From Hormiphora californensis (lineage: Eukaryota; Animalia; Ctenophora), in the NCBI GenBank assembly GCA_020137815.1, contig CM035355.1, positions 4,712,001-4,776,000 on the forward strand: 64,000 nt of DNA, read 5' to 3'. This document shows positions 46,001 through 59,418 of the stretch, one piece after another. Under the pieces are notes generated by a model. That model had not been told where the DNA came from, did no database searches, and saw only the letters and a program-made list of their open reading frames with translations. Numbering within the stretch: position 1 is the first letter of the stretch; each line of letters starts with the position of its first letter. The position numbers and the translations under genes were made by a program.

Positions 46001-48784
46001 GGCATTATTTAGAATAGCTGGTTATACTCAGAGTGCCTCCTGATTTGCTGGTTTATACTCTTGATCGTCACAATGTGACTCACAGAGCCCCAAATTAAGG
46101 GGCTACTTTGAGACTCACTTCTTGGTTCATTGCAATTGCATGAAAAACTTCTTCTAAATGTTCTACAGATACTAAACTGACTTCCTCCCCTTTGATCAGT
46201 TCGTACTGTCCTCACGGGGCGAACAGTTCAAGCTCCCCTGACTAATCCATGTCCCCTATTTTCAGTCAATTGAACGACTTGTAGAGCTGTACTGCCTAGC
46301 TGAAACAGACGAAGGAACACGAATTCGAACAGTCGCAGAAATAATTAACGACATCCGAAACCCTCTGGAAGGAGCAACTCAGTTCAATCTCAATGAGTTA
46401 GATTCCTGCGAGAAGAGTGATCCTGTGACCATGATTCGATGTCTGACAATGGTGACTGGTCTGGTGCAGTGGGTGAAATGTGATGTGGCGTTCGAACCTA
46501 CACTAACTGGTCTTCTGGAGAATGTGGTAGGTAGCAGATAGTTCATTGGGGGGGGGGGGGTGTTCAACTTTGACTTTCTACTCTAACCCATTGCATTGTA
46601 TGGAATATTTATTATTTGCCTTGCTGGGTTAGATTTCAGAACATTATACAAAATCGAATAAAGTCGGATTTTTTGAAGTTGTCACCCCAAAATGACCGCG
46701 CATGTGAAATTTATGAATTTAAACGCACACACCACACGTTAAGGGTACGCTAACCAAAAAATTTTTTCGAGTGCAGGGAAATCTCTCACCGTAGGGTTGT
46801 AGGCCATACCAAGGAGACCTCAAATATGCAATTTTAGCCCTTAAGTCGAATTCATATTTTTGCTACAGCTGTTTAAAAAATGTCATGTAAATACGTTTTT
46901 GGCATCTCAAAAATATTTTTTTAAAGATAGGAGCATGAAAGTTTGGGGATTTGAAGAGGACATGAAGGTGAATAACCACAAAAATTTTTTTTGCAATCCG
47001 AGCTGATTTCCGGTCCTGAGATGGATTTCTTTTTTTCCACTTTAACGCCCTATTTGGCAAAGTTCCGAAAACATGTGAAAGCTGTAAATTGATGAAAAGT
47101 TGCGTCTAACGATTATCTAAGTGGCCATAAATTTTGGGCGTGTCCTTATTTGAGACAAGCTGTACAGAGTTTTTTTTGTGAAAGCCGTCATTTCAGAAAT
47201 AAATAAATTCCCTGTATCTCAAAAACGGCTGATCGTAGAGACCTGAGACTATGCTTAAACGATTCAGAAGGTCCGATTTTGGGGGGGTCTTCTGAGAGAC
47301 ATTTTGCTCCTACTTCAACCGTTTTTGCTGTAATTGCGAAAAACAAAAATTCATCTTCGCCATCGTGGATTTTTTGTGATTTTGTTTTTGGTGATTATAG
47401 GGACCCAAATGGACCAAATAGTGAAGGAATTAGCTTGTTACACACTTTTCCATAGTTTCGGTCCTTTCTTAGCTAAAATTCCCTAATTACAGGATATTGG
47501 AGTTTAGCTTTTGCCCTTTTCATAGAATTTGTTTTTCGCAATTACAGCAAAAACGGTTGAAGTAGGAGCAAAATGTCTATCAGACGACCCCCCCAAAATC
47601 GGACCTTCTGAATCGTTTAAGCATAGTCTCAGGTCTCTACGATCAGCCGTTTTTGAGATACAGGGAATTTATTTATTTCTGAAATGACGGCTTTCACAAA
47701 AAAAACTCTGTACAGCTTATCTCAAATAAGGACACGTCCAAAATTTATGGCCACTTAGATAATCGTTAGACGCAACTTTTCACCAATTTACAGCTTTCAC
47801 ATGTTTTCGGAACTTTGCCAAATAGGGCGTTAAAGTGGAAAAAAAGAAATCCATCTCAGGACCGGAAATCAGCTCGGATTGCAAAAAAATTTTTTGTGGT
47901 TATTCACCTTCATGTCCTCTTCAAATCCACAAATTTTTATGATCCTATCTTTACAAATGTATTTTTGAGATGCCAAAAACGTATTTACAGGACATTTTTT
48001 AAACAGCTGTAGCAAAAATATGAATTCGACTTGAGAGCTCAAATTGCATATTTGAGGTCTCCTTGGCATGGCCTACAACCCTACGGTGAGAGATTTCCCT
48101 GCACTCTAAAAAAATTTTTGGTTAGCGTACCCTTAACATGTGATGTGACGCGCAAAAACATTCCGCGCACGAAGAGGGGGGTGACAACTTCAAAAAATCC
48201 GACTTTACAATGATTTTGCCCTTCTAAAAACATTGGTTACGAAGTTACCCCTTGCCAGCGCGCGCGAAGAGTGTGTGAGGTGTCTTCGATACCAACTAAA
48301 AACACTACATACTATTCACTCTTAAATACCCCTGCCCTATTTTCAGGTTATGTCAGGTGTTGTATCCCATAACGAGATAGTCCGTCATCTCTCCGTCAAG
48401 GCCCTGGGACTGAGCTGTATCCTGAGCAAGACACTCGCCAAGAAATATCTTGTTTTCTTTTTACAGGTATGAAGTTGTTGTCTCTTTTTTTACAGTTACT
48501 GGTTTTATTTGTGCTGGTTTTACTACCACGAGTAGAATTCCACTTGTAATGATACTGTGGACCTCTACAAGTTTTAAATTAAGCGCCTTCCGGGCCCTAA
48601 TGAACCATTCAAGTTCCACTTGACGTGATGATGTCGATGATATCCTTGTTTGTTCATACTACTACAGTTCCACAACTCTTTCTGCAGTGGTGCACGCTCG
48701 GATCTTGGAGCATGTTTTTTTTTCTCACACAGTACATGCATGCGAGTAAGCTTGCTGCAAGTCGTCTCGTTTTAAATGTTTCCA

Positions 48785-48878
<94 letters not shown>

Positions 48879-51059
48879 ACTCTCCTATTTTCGTGGCCGT
48901 ATCTCCCACAACTAAATATCCTCCCTCACCAACATCTTGGTTACGAAGTTACCCTTCCCTTGCCAGCGCGCGAAGGTCGCGACCCTTAGAGGGGTTATTT
49001 CGTAATCAACATCTAGATTCTAGATGACCCACCATTTCTCCCCTACCCCCTGAACCCTAAATCTCAAATCTTCCAAATCTCAAATATTTAAATTTCAGGT
49101 TGTCATGGTGGACAATTTCGCTGAAATCTTGGAAACCTCCCTCAAAGTTATTTTCGACCTGTTCCTCGTGTTTGGCATTGATACTTTCGCTGAAGATGAA
49201 CAAAATAAAAAGAAGGTACCCATCCGAAATTAAGCTGTCTGGCGGCGCCAAACTTCGGTTTGATTCATATCGGGTCGGCACCGATCAGATTTATCAGGAG
49301 TGGGTCAGACTTTGTGAACAGTGAACACACAGTGGGTTGGTCACTTATTAATTCAGTAAACAGTAACAAGCAGTGTGTTTACTAAACTGCTCGTTTTTGG
49401 TCTGTGCGTGAGCGAAAGTTCACAAACACCAAACATATCTCCTCAGGAGGCAGAAGCAAGCAAGGACTCGACAGCTCTAGATGATGAAAGTGCACTTTCT
49501 TCAAAACTAGAAGCCACTAGACTAAAGGGGGATGCTGATATTGAAAACCCTATTGGGGGACTATCAAGCGATGAGGTATAGTAGTTATCACTTATCAAAT
49601 TACTATCTGTTTGCGGTATTTCAATTGAGGAAGGCTATGCCATGGCAGTAGACACCAAACTTCCTCCCAAATTAAACCCTCCTTTCCCCAGGAAGAGACA
49701 TTTTCCGACCGGATTATTGCTAAATTCAAGGAGTTCTTGGACGACGAGGTTCTCCGAAGTGTGGCAGCTGAGGGTGTAGCTAAACTGATCTACAATGGCA
49801 GACTACTAGATCCTCAGCTCTTCTCCCGACTGATGCTTCTCTGGTGGAGTCCCGCTACTGAGGGGGATGTCTTGAGACACTCAGTGGGCATGTTCTTCAG
49901 CCGCCTTGGACCCAAGAATGTGTAGGTGACAACTAATAATTCAAGTTCATAACCAATGGGCCGGGAAGATTTAAGTCAGTAAATCAATCAGTGATTGAAT
50001 CACGGTTAAAATCCAATATTTCCCAGTGAGATGCTTGAAATGGTGGAACAAGCATTTTTCCCGACCCTTCAAACGGTGTGCGATGCCCCCTCTACCTCGC
50101 CTCTCCAGGAGATAAATCCAGTTAACCTTGCGGAGCTACTTCTTTCTCTACTTCCTGGTAAGGACTACTTTTTTACTGAAGGATACATTTGGAGATATAA
50201 TACTGCAGACATAGTAGCATTACCCACTTTCCCTCCACTTTTTGTTGACATTTAGACATGCAACCTACTGCTGCATTCTTTTTGATCAACCGCGCCCATG
50301 ATATTTTCATTTTTTGTGCAACACCGCCCTCTCTCTCTCTGTTTTTAAATCGAGAGTACTAACACATCCTCCTCTACCACAGGTCGGCACCACGAGCAAC
50401 TCTCCATCACGGCGTGCAATGAACTTATCCTCCGGCCGAGTTCCAAGTATGGGAGAGCTCTGGTGAAGATTCTGCCCCTCTTTGATATTCTCCACGGTGA
50501 CGCGGCCAATCTAAAACTAGTCCGATCTCTCGTTCAACAGGCTATAGACGAGGTAATGAGGGTGTTTGGGAGGTAATGGGAGGATGATTATCTTTTGTTG
50601 GTATTAATGATCCGGCTGTCATGGCAACGCTACTAGATCATTATCTCTTTTTCTCTCTCTCTCTCTCTTACTTTCTCTCTCTTTCTCTCAGGTTGATACT
50701 GTGAGTACAAAGAAGAGCCTGACGTCATATCTCTCCAAAATGGCCCTCTTCCTACCCCCTGAAGACCAGAGTAGTCAGCACTCACAGGGAGAAGAAGAGG
50801 ACAAAGAGAACCAGGGAACAGAGAACAAGACGATAACGAGCCCTTCTATCAAGTCTTTACCACCGGTGAGTTTGGAAGGGAGAAAGTGCTATTTAGAGAA
50901 ACTTTACTGTGACCTTATTGGTTGTCCGGAGGAGATATTTTCAAACTTTGTTTCTGGCAACTCACTTCACTGCTATTTCAGGGCTCGACGGAAAAACGAC
51001 GGAAAGCTCTCTTCGCTAACCCAAATCAACCGGTGGACCTATTGGACACTATAACATAA
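43092..51059 (+). CDS. NCAPG: Condensin I HEAT subunit CAP-G, multi-exon
   Basis: REPPTERII, ANDKAVRFRLCQII, DAEIDEELFDKI..RLKDKVPSVRVQAV..RLQDP, ERTRDTNPGVRK, LTPENIFYWR, AAEGVAKL, AFFPTLQTV.DAPSTSPL; stop inferred at 51059. Confidence 0.9.
43195..43445. repeat. Minisatellite (about 45-bp unit) in NCAPG intron 1
   Basis: About six copies of CTCTCTCCTAGTTAAAATAACGATCTCAC..CCCTACTC. Confidence 0.85.
46659..48207. mobile_element. Short TA-bounded MITE split by a nested Kolobok-like MITE, in an NCAPG intron
   Basis: The two halves match 30857-31011 and are interrupted at CACACG|TTAA|CATG. Confidence 0.88.
46743..48132. mobile_element. TTAA-specific foldback MITE, Kolobok-like, copy 2
   Basis: Same family as 8279-9667; TTAA at 46739-46742 and 48133-48136. 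Confidence 0.88.
48788..48878. repeat. (CT)n microsatellite
   Basis: Dinucleotide run. Confidence 0.95.
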
Positions 51060-51776
51060 CCTATAGAAACTGTCGACGTTGAGCTAATCTGATCAATACA
51101 ATAATACATATTTATGAAATTTAGAGAGAAAGAGAGAGTGCGAGAGAGAGAGAGATAGAGAGAGAGAGAGAAAGATAGAGAGATAGAAAGAGAAACTATG
51201 TACCGGTATATTACGTGAGAGCACTATTGTTAGTGCATCGTTTGCCAGTAAACAAGATAATAAACAAGCTTTGACCGTGGCAACGAAAAGCGACGAGATA
51301 TGACACAATTAGAAAGAGAACGTGATAGGAAAAGAAAAGGTGATTGATATTTCGTGCTGTAAATTTTGTTGTCAACAGTTTTATTAATCTGGTTTACCAT
51401 GCTCTGCAAAATGGTGATATCATTTTGTTTTCCGGAATGGGGTGTCGGGACGTGGTAACGGAGACTGATAATTGTTTCGGCAGACAAAAACATTTTCCTG
51501 TCGTTCTGCTTTTGACCGGTAACCCGCCGGGACCTTGTTAACAACCGGGACCCATAATTATTTTTTTAGCTCTTTGACAAGCAATTCTCACACAGTTTAC
51601 AATCGCTTTGAGTTAGCTAAAGGAACTCTGTCTTCGCTCCAATGCGTGGTTTAGTACATCAACAATCATCCACTGCAAAAACGGCGCAATAAAACATATA
51701 TAAAACCTCTCTGACCCGATGACTCTCTTATTTACATTGATTTTCAGTTAGCTCAATTATATATAAGTACAAGTGT

Positions 51777-54700
51777 TTATTGGGCTTCTATGCTTTCCAT
51801 CGGTGGTAGCCGTTGTCCATTCGAAAGTGGCCTATTAAGAGTCTGTCTGAGCTCGTCTCGGAGCTTTTTGATTTCAATTTTCTGGATCTCTACAATCTTC
51901 TTTGTCGTGTCCACTTCCTCTGTCGATAATAAGGGTCCTGGGAGCGGGGCACCCTTCTTTAGAACGTTGCTATTGGCCTCTAGATCGTGCACCTGAAATG
52001 GGGGCTGTCAGAAAGGTGCGGGCGAGGTTTGGTTCTCAAGTGACGTCACTTCATGCGACAAAAAGGGGCGTTAAAAGTGATACACAATACAGATCACAGG
52101 CACTTGTTGAACAACTTGTTACATGTTGTCACTTTGTCATGTTACACATTCAAACCTTCTTGTTTTGATCCAAATTAAGGGCGTATTTGAGGGAAGATAT
52201 CTGTACGATGTGTGTCAGTTTTAGCTCGATAAAATCAGCGAGTGTGTTTGCTTCATTTACGTCTCCATAGAGACGCGCGAAACTAACGTACTTTCTACTC
52301 TCACAAGTCGCATGTCTGCTAGTTGTTTAAGAGTGCGCGTGGCACGCAACACAACTCAGCAGCAGCTCAAGACCACACAACAGCTCTCGCTCACACAGAC
52401 AATACACGCACCTGCGTCCTGGCGATCTTGAGCTCTCTTCGAAGGTCATTAATCTCCTTGATCAGCGACACGTTCTCCTAAAAAACAAGCCAGGGGTCGG
52501 TGACGACGAAGCATTAAAAGCAAAAACAGATTTGAGAGAGAGAGAGAGGAAGGTATAAATTGAAGACAAATTGAAGGATTGAGACAAACCTGCATAATTC
52601 GGACGTTGTCAGCTCGGTGAATTGTAGCATCTTTAGTAAGTTTCTTACGGAAGGATGCGACACTTCGCTCCAAGTGATCCCTCTGCCGAGCATACTCCTT
52701 CTGGATGTCAACGTCCATACCAGCTGACTCGACACTCTGTGAGAGAAACAGAAATTTGAGAACCTATTCAAGCACACAAATACACACAAGCAGTGGGAAA
52801 TATATGAAAACATAGGTATATTTTACCTGTTCATTTTGGACGTATTTGGTATTCAGTGCGACGATTGATTTCTTCAACTGTGCCGGATCCTGAATGTACT
52901 GAACACAGTTGCTCAGATCCGTCCTGAATCGTTTCAACTCCGCCTCCATATCTTGAACATTCTGTCGTTGAAGGGCCATTTCGTCCTTATTTGCCTTCAA
53001 CTTCTGCTTGGATTCCTCAATCTTGAGATCCAGGGCAGTATTGTTCTTGTTGTACCGCTCCAGTTCGGTATCCATCTCCTGGATCTGGTCCTTCATTGCC
53101 TTGATATCGTTCTCTCTCGGCTCGATCTGTTTCTTCAGCTCGCGGATCTTGTAGTCAAGGACAAACTTGAATTTCTCCAGTTCCTGGTTCTTCTTCTTCA
53201 GATCATAAATTCGTTTCTCCTTGTCTTGGATGGTTTCATCTCGCTCCTGGATTTCCTTCTTTAGCCCCATAATGTCCTTCTCTAGAGACTTGATCACACT
53301 GTTCAGTTTGTTCTTCTCGGTATTCAAGTTGTTAATATCCGATTTCAGGGCCTCAATTTCTTGTTCCTGAGACTTGAACTTCTTTTTCATGATGCCCGTT
53401 TCACCTGTCAACCTCATATTGCCCTCCTTCTCCTCCCGTAACCTCCTCTCGTACATGTTCTTGATGTCCAAAATCTCCCTGTCTCCATCCTCCTCAATCT
53501 GTTTCTTTGTCTCCTCGTGGATTCGCATCATTTGCCTCATCTCGTCATGTGACGCCTCCAACTGTCCGATCTTCTCGTGGAGTTTCGACTCGTACTGCTC
53601 CGTTTGCTCTCTCAAGGCCTGCTTGTGGGACTCGGACTTGGCAACCAGTTGCCGCTCGTATTCTTCCTGCATGCGCTGACTCTTTGCCTGAAGTTCCTGG
53701 TATTTCTCGTATTCAGCCATTAGTTTCTGATTGTTAGCGGACTCTAAATCTTGTAACTCCTGATGGTGTTTCTCGAACAGTTCCTGGCGTTCTTCTTCAT
53801 GTTTCGCTTCCTCCTTGTCCTTGTCTGTTTTCAGCACCTGATCAGATATAAATTGGCGTTAATTGCGTTTACCTCCCTCGGCCCTTCCCCTCTGAACATC
53901 TCCATCTGTCTAACTCATTATACGTAAAACGCGTTTGATAATTGGCAACTGTCCATTTTCACGGTATTTTTCACGGTATTTTCCCCGTAGAAAAACGTTT
54001 CCACTTTCCGAGAAAACAATAGCTTTCGAATATTCTAACATGTCCTTAATTGGTTGCCAATTGTGATTTGTGAACGTACCTGGTTTTTAGTTTTCAGCGA
54101 CTCCATTTCTTGGATGAATTTCTCTGTCAACTCCTTCGTCTTCTCATGGTGGTTCATGTCCTTGAGCCTCAGTTGATACTCATTCTCCATATTCAACTCG
54201 CTCACCCTCGCCTTCAGCTCCTTCATCGCAGTATCCTTCTCCTGGAGATCTGATTTAGAAATCAGGATCTCCTCGGCATAGGTTATGTCCTTAGCCTTCA
54301 GCCCTCGACCCTCCTTGTCCATAATCTTGAAGGTGTACAGACAAGCATCCTCTCCGACCGAAAAGAGATAACTGTCATCATACGAGATCCTCATTTTGGT
54401 GATCGAAGAAGCGTGGCAATGGTGTTCCACCCAATCGCCAGGAACAGTCAAAGGGAACTTCATGGCCCGTATGGAACCCTGAGCCGTACCCACAAACAAC
54501 ATCCTGCCTGACCGGGAAATGGCAACTTGGGTGAGCACAGAATCCGCTGCAGGGACCTCCTTCTGGATCTGGGAATCAGATATCTCCTTCAGGGTCTTAT
54601 CAGAGCCAACGGCAAAGGTGGTGGACCCGTCGGGTGAGACAGCGGCACAGGTGTAGGAGCACGTTTTCAGAACGCTCTCTCCCTCCCTCTTGCTGGTATA

Positions 54701-57700
54701 CACACTCCACTCGTAGACGGCACCGTCCACACCACAGGATATGATTTTACTATCATCCTGAGACCAAATGATGCTCCGGACTTTGCCGTTGTGGCCCTTG
54801 AGGTTGCCAACATTCTCAAAAGTATACGTAGCATAGAGTTGAATAACGTTTCCGTGTACCGCCGCGAATAAGTGTCCTCCGTTGCTGAATTGACACTGAA
54901 AGGATGAAAATTGGTTAATTGAATATCAGGGAATATTCTAAGGAATTAAGTCCAATATGCATATGTTCTTAGGCTCACGTGCGGTTATTGTTAGGTGCAA
55001 GTGCAGACTGCAGGCAGCGATGCCCTCACGCAAAGCTGCAAAACGTGCACCGTACAGTAATTGCTGTATTTCTAGCAGTCAATTAAGTGGAAACTGGAAA
55101 TCTAATTAGCTGGAGCACTTTGGTGCAAGTTCTAGGGTTATTTCGCCTGTTTTGCTTTCTATGGGAAACATTCGTTCGCTATTATATTGAGGCTACCTTT
55201 CTCTCTCTGTCCCTCATTTTCAATGGCTGTCTCTCTCACGCCGGTAGCACCCAGTAACGTGTAGTTCCGTCAATTATAAAAACTTTTCTACTGCCTTTTT
55301 TCCTTTTTTACGTCTGACGACTTATTATTTGTGTGTGGAAACTTGCCTGTAAATGTCACTACATTTTCCTACGTCTCTCCCTCTTCCTACATTTTTGAGG
55401 TTTCCTTCCGTTTATAGGACGATTCTTATTTCACACACAAGCCTGATTCATTCCATTGTTTACCTATTTAGGAATGACGTTGTATGAAATTTCCGCCTTA
55501 CCAGTAATCTGCAAACCTAGATATTAGAGCCATTTCATTTGACAGAGTGAACTTACATTTGACACCTATGTTTCAATTCCTATATTCACAGTTATTAGCT
55601 TAACCATGCATATACCGTACTTTTAGGTCTTCGGTACAGCGTTACTACACGCTGCACTGCTTCAGCCATGAACGGTGGAGACGAGGAACCGCCGCCACTT
55701 CCGCCTTTGCAGCTACCCAGGAGACGCGGTTCTCGCAAGCCAAGTGACCCGAAGAAAAAACCAAAACCACAGTCTGCTGCTTCCACTGCTAGTTCGTCGT
55801 CTTCTGGTGTATTTCCTCCGTTGAAGCCCACAGATATGGAGAAGCCGCCTGCTGAAGAGGAGAAGAAGGAGGAGAAGAAACCGACACCTGAACCTCCCGG
55901 ACCTACTCTGATGAAGCGGCAGAAGGACCGAGTGGATAGGATGATTAATAACTTCTTGGATGAGGCGGTTGATGTGATTAAAAAACGGGATCGCTTTAAC
56001 CAGCTCAACCCGGATCTGGACATAGAGACTGCCAGTCTTAGCAGTTCATCCAGTTCGGATCATTCGTATAAAGTTCCAAATGACACAGAGAACTCCATCT
56101 ATAGATATAGTCCGGCTGATCGACTGAGGATTATCATTGAACAAAATGAGGAGTTCATCTTGAAAAGAGGAAAGAAGGAGCGGTTCAAGGCACGTCTCCC
56201 GGTGCGAGATACCAGTACTCTCGAGGGAATTATTCGGAACAAGTTTGATTTCCTTTGTCTGAAAGTCCAGGATCAGATAGAGGAAAGTGTCGATACTATG
56301 GATGACGTCAGACTGATCGTGTGGCGGAGAATGCGGAATGCCCTGACCGGGATGAAGGAAAAGGCAGGTAAGACAGCCCTCGGGAATGCATTCCAGATCT
56401 TCGGGGACATTTTCACTGAAATGGACACCCAGCGACAACCCATAACTGAAATTCCGTGGCACGTATCGGAAGATGAAGAGGATCCTCACGCGGCGTTCCG
56501 GTATTTGGATGCGTGTGCTGCGGACCAGAATATTGGGATGTGCATGGCCCAGTACCAGATCATCCGGTATGACGAGAGCAGACTGCAGAACATTCTTGAT
56601 ATTGTAGATCCGACGGAGCGGGATGATCTCGGACAAACAATTGTCCACCTGGCGGTTCAGTATTGCAACCCTAACACACTGGAAAACATGATTGATCAGG
56701 GGTACGAAATTGCCGATGAGGACACTTTTGGGTACACGCCTCTATTCTATGCAGTGATAGCCAACAATGTTAGTGGTCTCGAGGTTCTAATCAAGAACAA
56801 GGCAAACTTGTCTCATAGATCCAGATATCTGGGCAGACAGGCAGTTCATCTCGCAGCCCAGTATGGATCATTCGACTGCCTCAAGAAGATCTTGGAGTAC
56901 TCCCCAGGCGACATTGACGTTCCTGATGATCAGGGGTTCACACCGATTGTCATTGCGTCCTACTACTCCCACTCTGAGATCTCAGCTCTTCTGTTGGAAG
57001 AGGGAGCTAACCCGTGTATCGAGGACAATTTGGGGGTAATGGGGGCCATGAGAATCGCTTATACCATGCCAACCATTACTCGAGAGGTCTTCAACCAGAT
57101 GGTTAGCGAGGATATTTATCAGGGAGAGCGATACTACAAACTGGAATCCATGCTGGGGAATTCTAATGACACTAACACTTCCTTCTACCATTACATGATT
57201 TGGTTGGCTAACATGGGTCTCATCGAGCATCCTATGTTTGAACGGCTAACCGCCGCTAAGTGGGAGCTGTACGCCAGAAAGGTAGCAAACATGAAATTGT
57301 GCGCTGTTGGTGTTTACATGAGCATTTGGAGTATCCTCTATGTTATGCCTCATAGCGATTTTCTCCGCGATGATTTTCATTTCGGACTATACGATGGTTT
57401 CTATATAATCATGCTCATTCTCTCAATCCTTGCCTACGCGTGGAGGTCTCGACAAAACTTCAGTCTCCTAAAACAACGGTACTCCTACACGACATACCTC
57501 AATGAATTGTTCGATACGACCTACCAAAAGGAGTTGGAGCACCTTCACTTCAAAGGAAAACCGTTGGAGATATTCCTGAGACGAAAGTACGGTGCCACAC
57601 CCATAACAATGTGGGATGATGTCAAATCTTCACCGGCTGTACTTCTAGATTTTATGGTTGATAACATGCTCCTTGTCTATCTGATCCTAAACTTCATCTG

Positions 57701-59237
57701 CTCGCTGGTTGGAAACATGAAATCTGATCCAAATAACTTCGTCTCAATCGATGAGGAACAGAGACCGAGGATTGGGGAACACGGTTTCGTGACATGGGTC
57801 GATATTTATGGTGCGATCTCGATTATGTTAGTGTGGGTGTCGGGCTTCTTCAAACTTCAAATCACCAAAAACGTCGGACCTTTTGTCGTGTACATGCGAT
57901 ACTGCGGAAAAGATCTGAGCACGATTTTTACCATGTTTGTGGCACTGTATATTCCTGCGTTTTGTGTCTTCCTGAAGACATCCTACCGGCAGGACGGTTG
58001 GCTGAATGCCATGTTCATGGTTCTCCGAATGGTCCTGATCGACTATGACTTTGACCATGGCAAGAATAGCACCCCTGTAGACCTTTGGTGGATGCTACTG
58101 TCTATGGGATGGATCATTGTATCCTCTGTTATTGTTCTCAACCTGCTGATTGCACTGATGGCGGACAGCTACACCAGGATATTCGAAACTGCAGAGTTGT
58201 ATGCCAGGATCGAACGGGCACGGTTCATTATGGAGTTTGAAAGGACTCTGCCGCTGAAGAAACTTGCGGACTATAACGACACGATCAAAGCTAAATATTC
58301 CCCTCAAATTGTGACCTTCGATCCTGTTTGTGATAGGGACAAGGTAACAGTGATCGAGGAGACGGTCGAGGCGTTGAGCAAAAAGTTTGATAAACTCGAG
58401 AAATACATTGACCGGAAACTGCTCAAGGAGCTTACCACACGGCTAGACAATTTAGACCAGTCTCTGACTCTTTACTCAATCAAATAAATGTGTGTATTTT
58501 TTTCATATTTGATAGCCTTTCTGCGAGAGATGCGAGAGATAGACAGAAGCGGAAAGACAATTCCGGGGTTTGCGAAGTGTGTGAAATATGCTTGTTTGTA
58601 TATTTTGTTCCTTTTTAGTCTTTTCAGTTAACCTAAAAATAATGCGTATCTTTAATCTGAGTCTCTACACCTTGCATCGATGTCTATGATATCAGCTGGA
58701 TGATACATGATCATGTCTACTATGTTCTACTATGTATGTCTCTCGGTGACTCACCTCTCTGCACCCTCGGATTGTGAACTCCTTGAAGGGTTGGATATCA
58801 TCAATCAGAATGTTCATCAACCGGAGCTTGTCACTGAACCCAACCAGCACGTACAGGCCAGACGGATGTAGGGCGACACTGAATGCTTCCTCTTGGAATT
58901 CTTTGGTCAGGTCCAACGAACTGAAAATAGGATGGTATATGTCGGGGAGGTTATTATATTATCAGGGATATTTGGAGAGGTGAAGTTCGAAACATTACGT
59001 TCAGCCTGTGTTTCAAACATGTTGTATTATTAGGCCACCTCACACACAATGCATTTGTTGCCGGTAGAGCGTTGCAAGGCAATTAGGAAGTGGTTGGAAA
59101 GTTGGCGACCGGTGGCCGGGGTAATTATGCGCCAGGGAAAGTGAGGGTTTCGGGAGGCCAGATAAATACAGCGTGTGGTAACAAAGTGGCAGGTAGAAAC
59201 TTGGAGAAAAGTGGGCACGCATAAAGTTGTATTCTTA

Positions 59238-59310
<73 letters not shown>

Positions 59311-59323
59311 AAGACAGACAGAA

Positions 59324-59418
<95 letters not shown>

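Noticed and set aside
46863-48213. Short ORFs such as MPNRALKWKK on both strands
   Set aside because: They are mirror translations of MITE arms with no protein signature; the same applies to ORFs within 4541-6003.
56046-58307. Minus-strand ORFs overlapping the TRP gene, and similar ORFs opposite BOP1, CFAP57 and PACRG
   Set aside because: Antisense shadows of real coding sequence without recognisable motifs.
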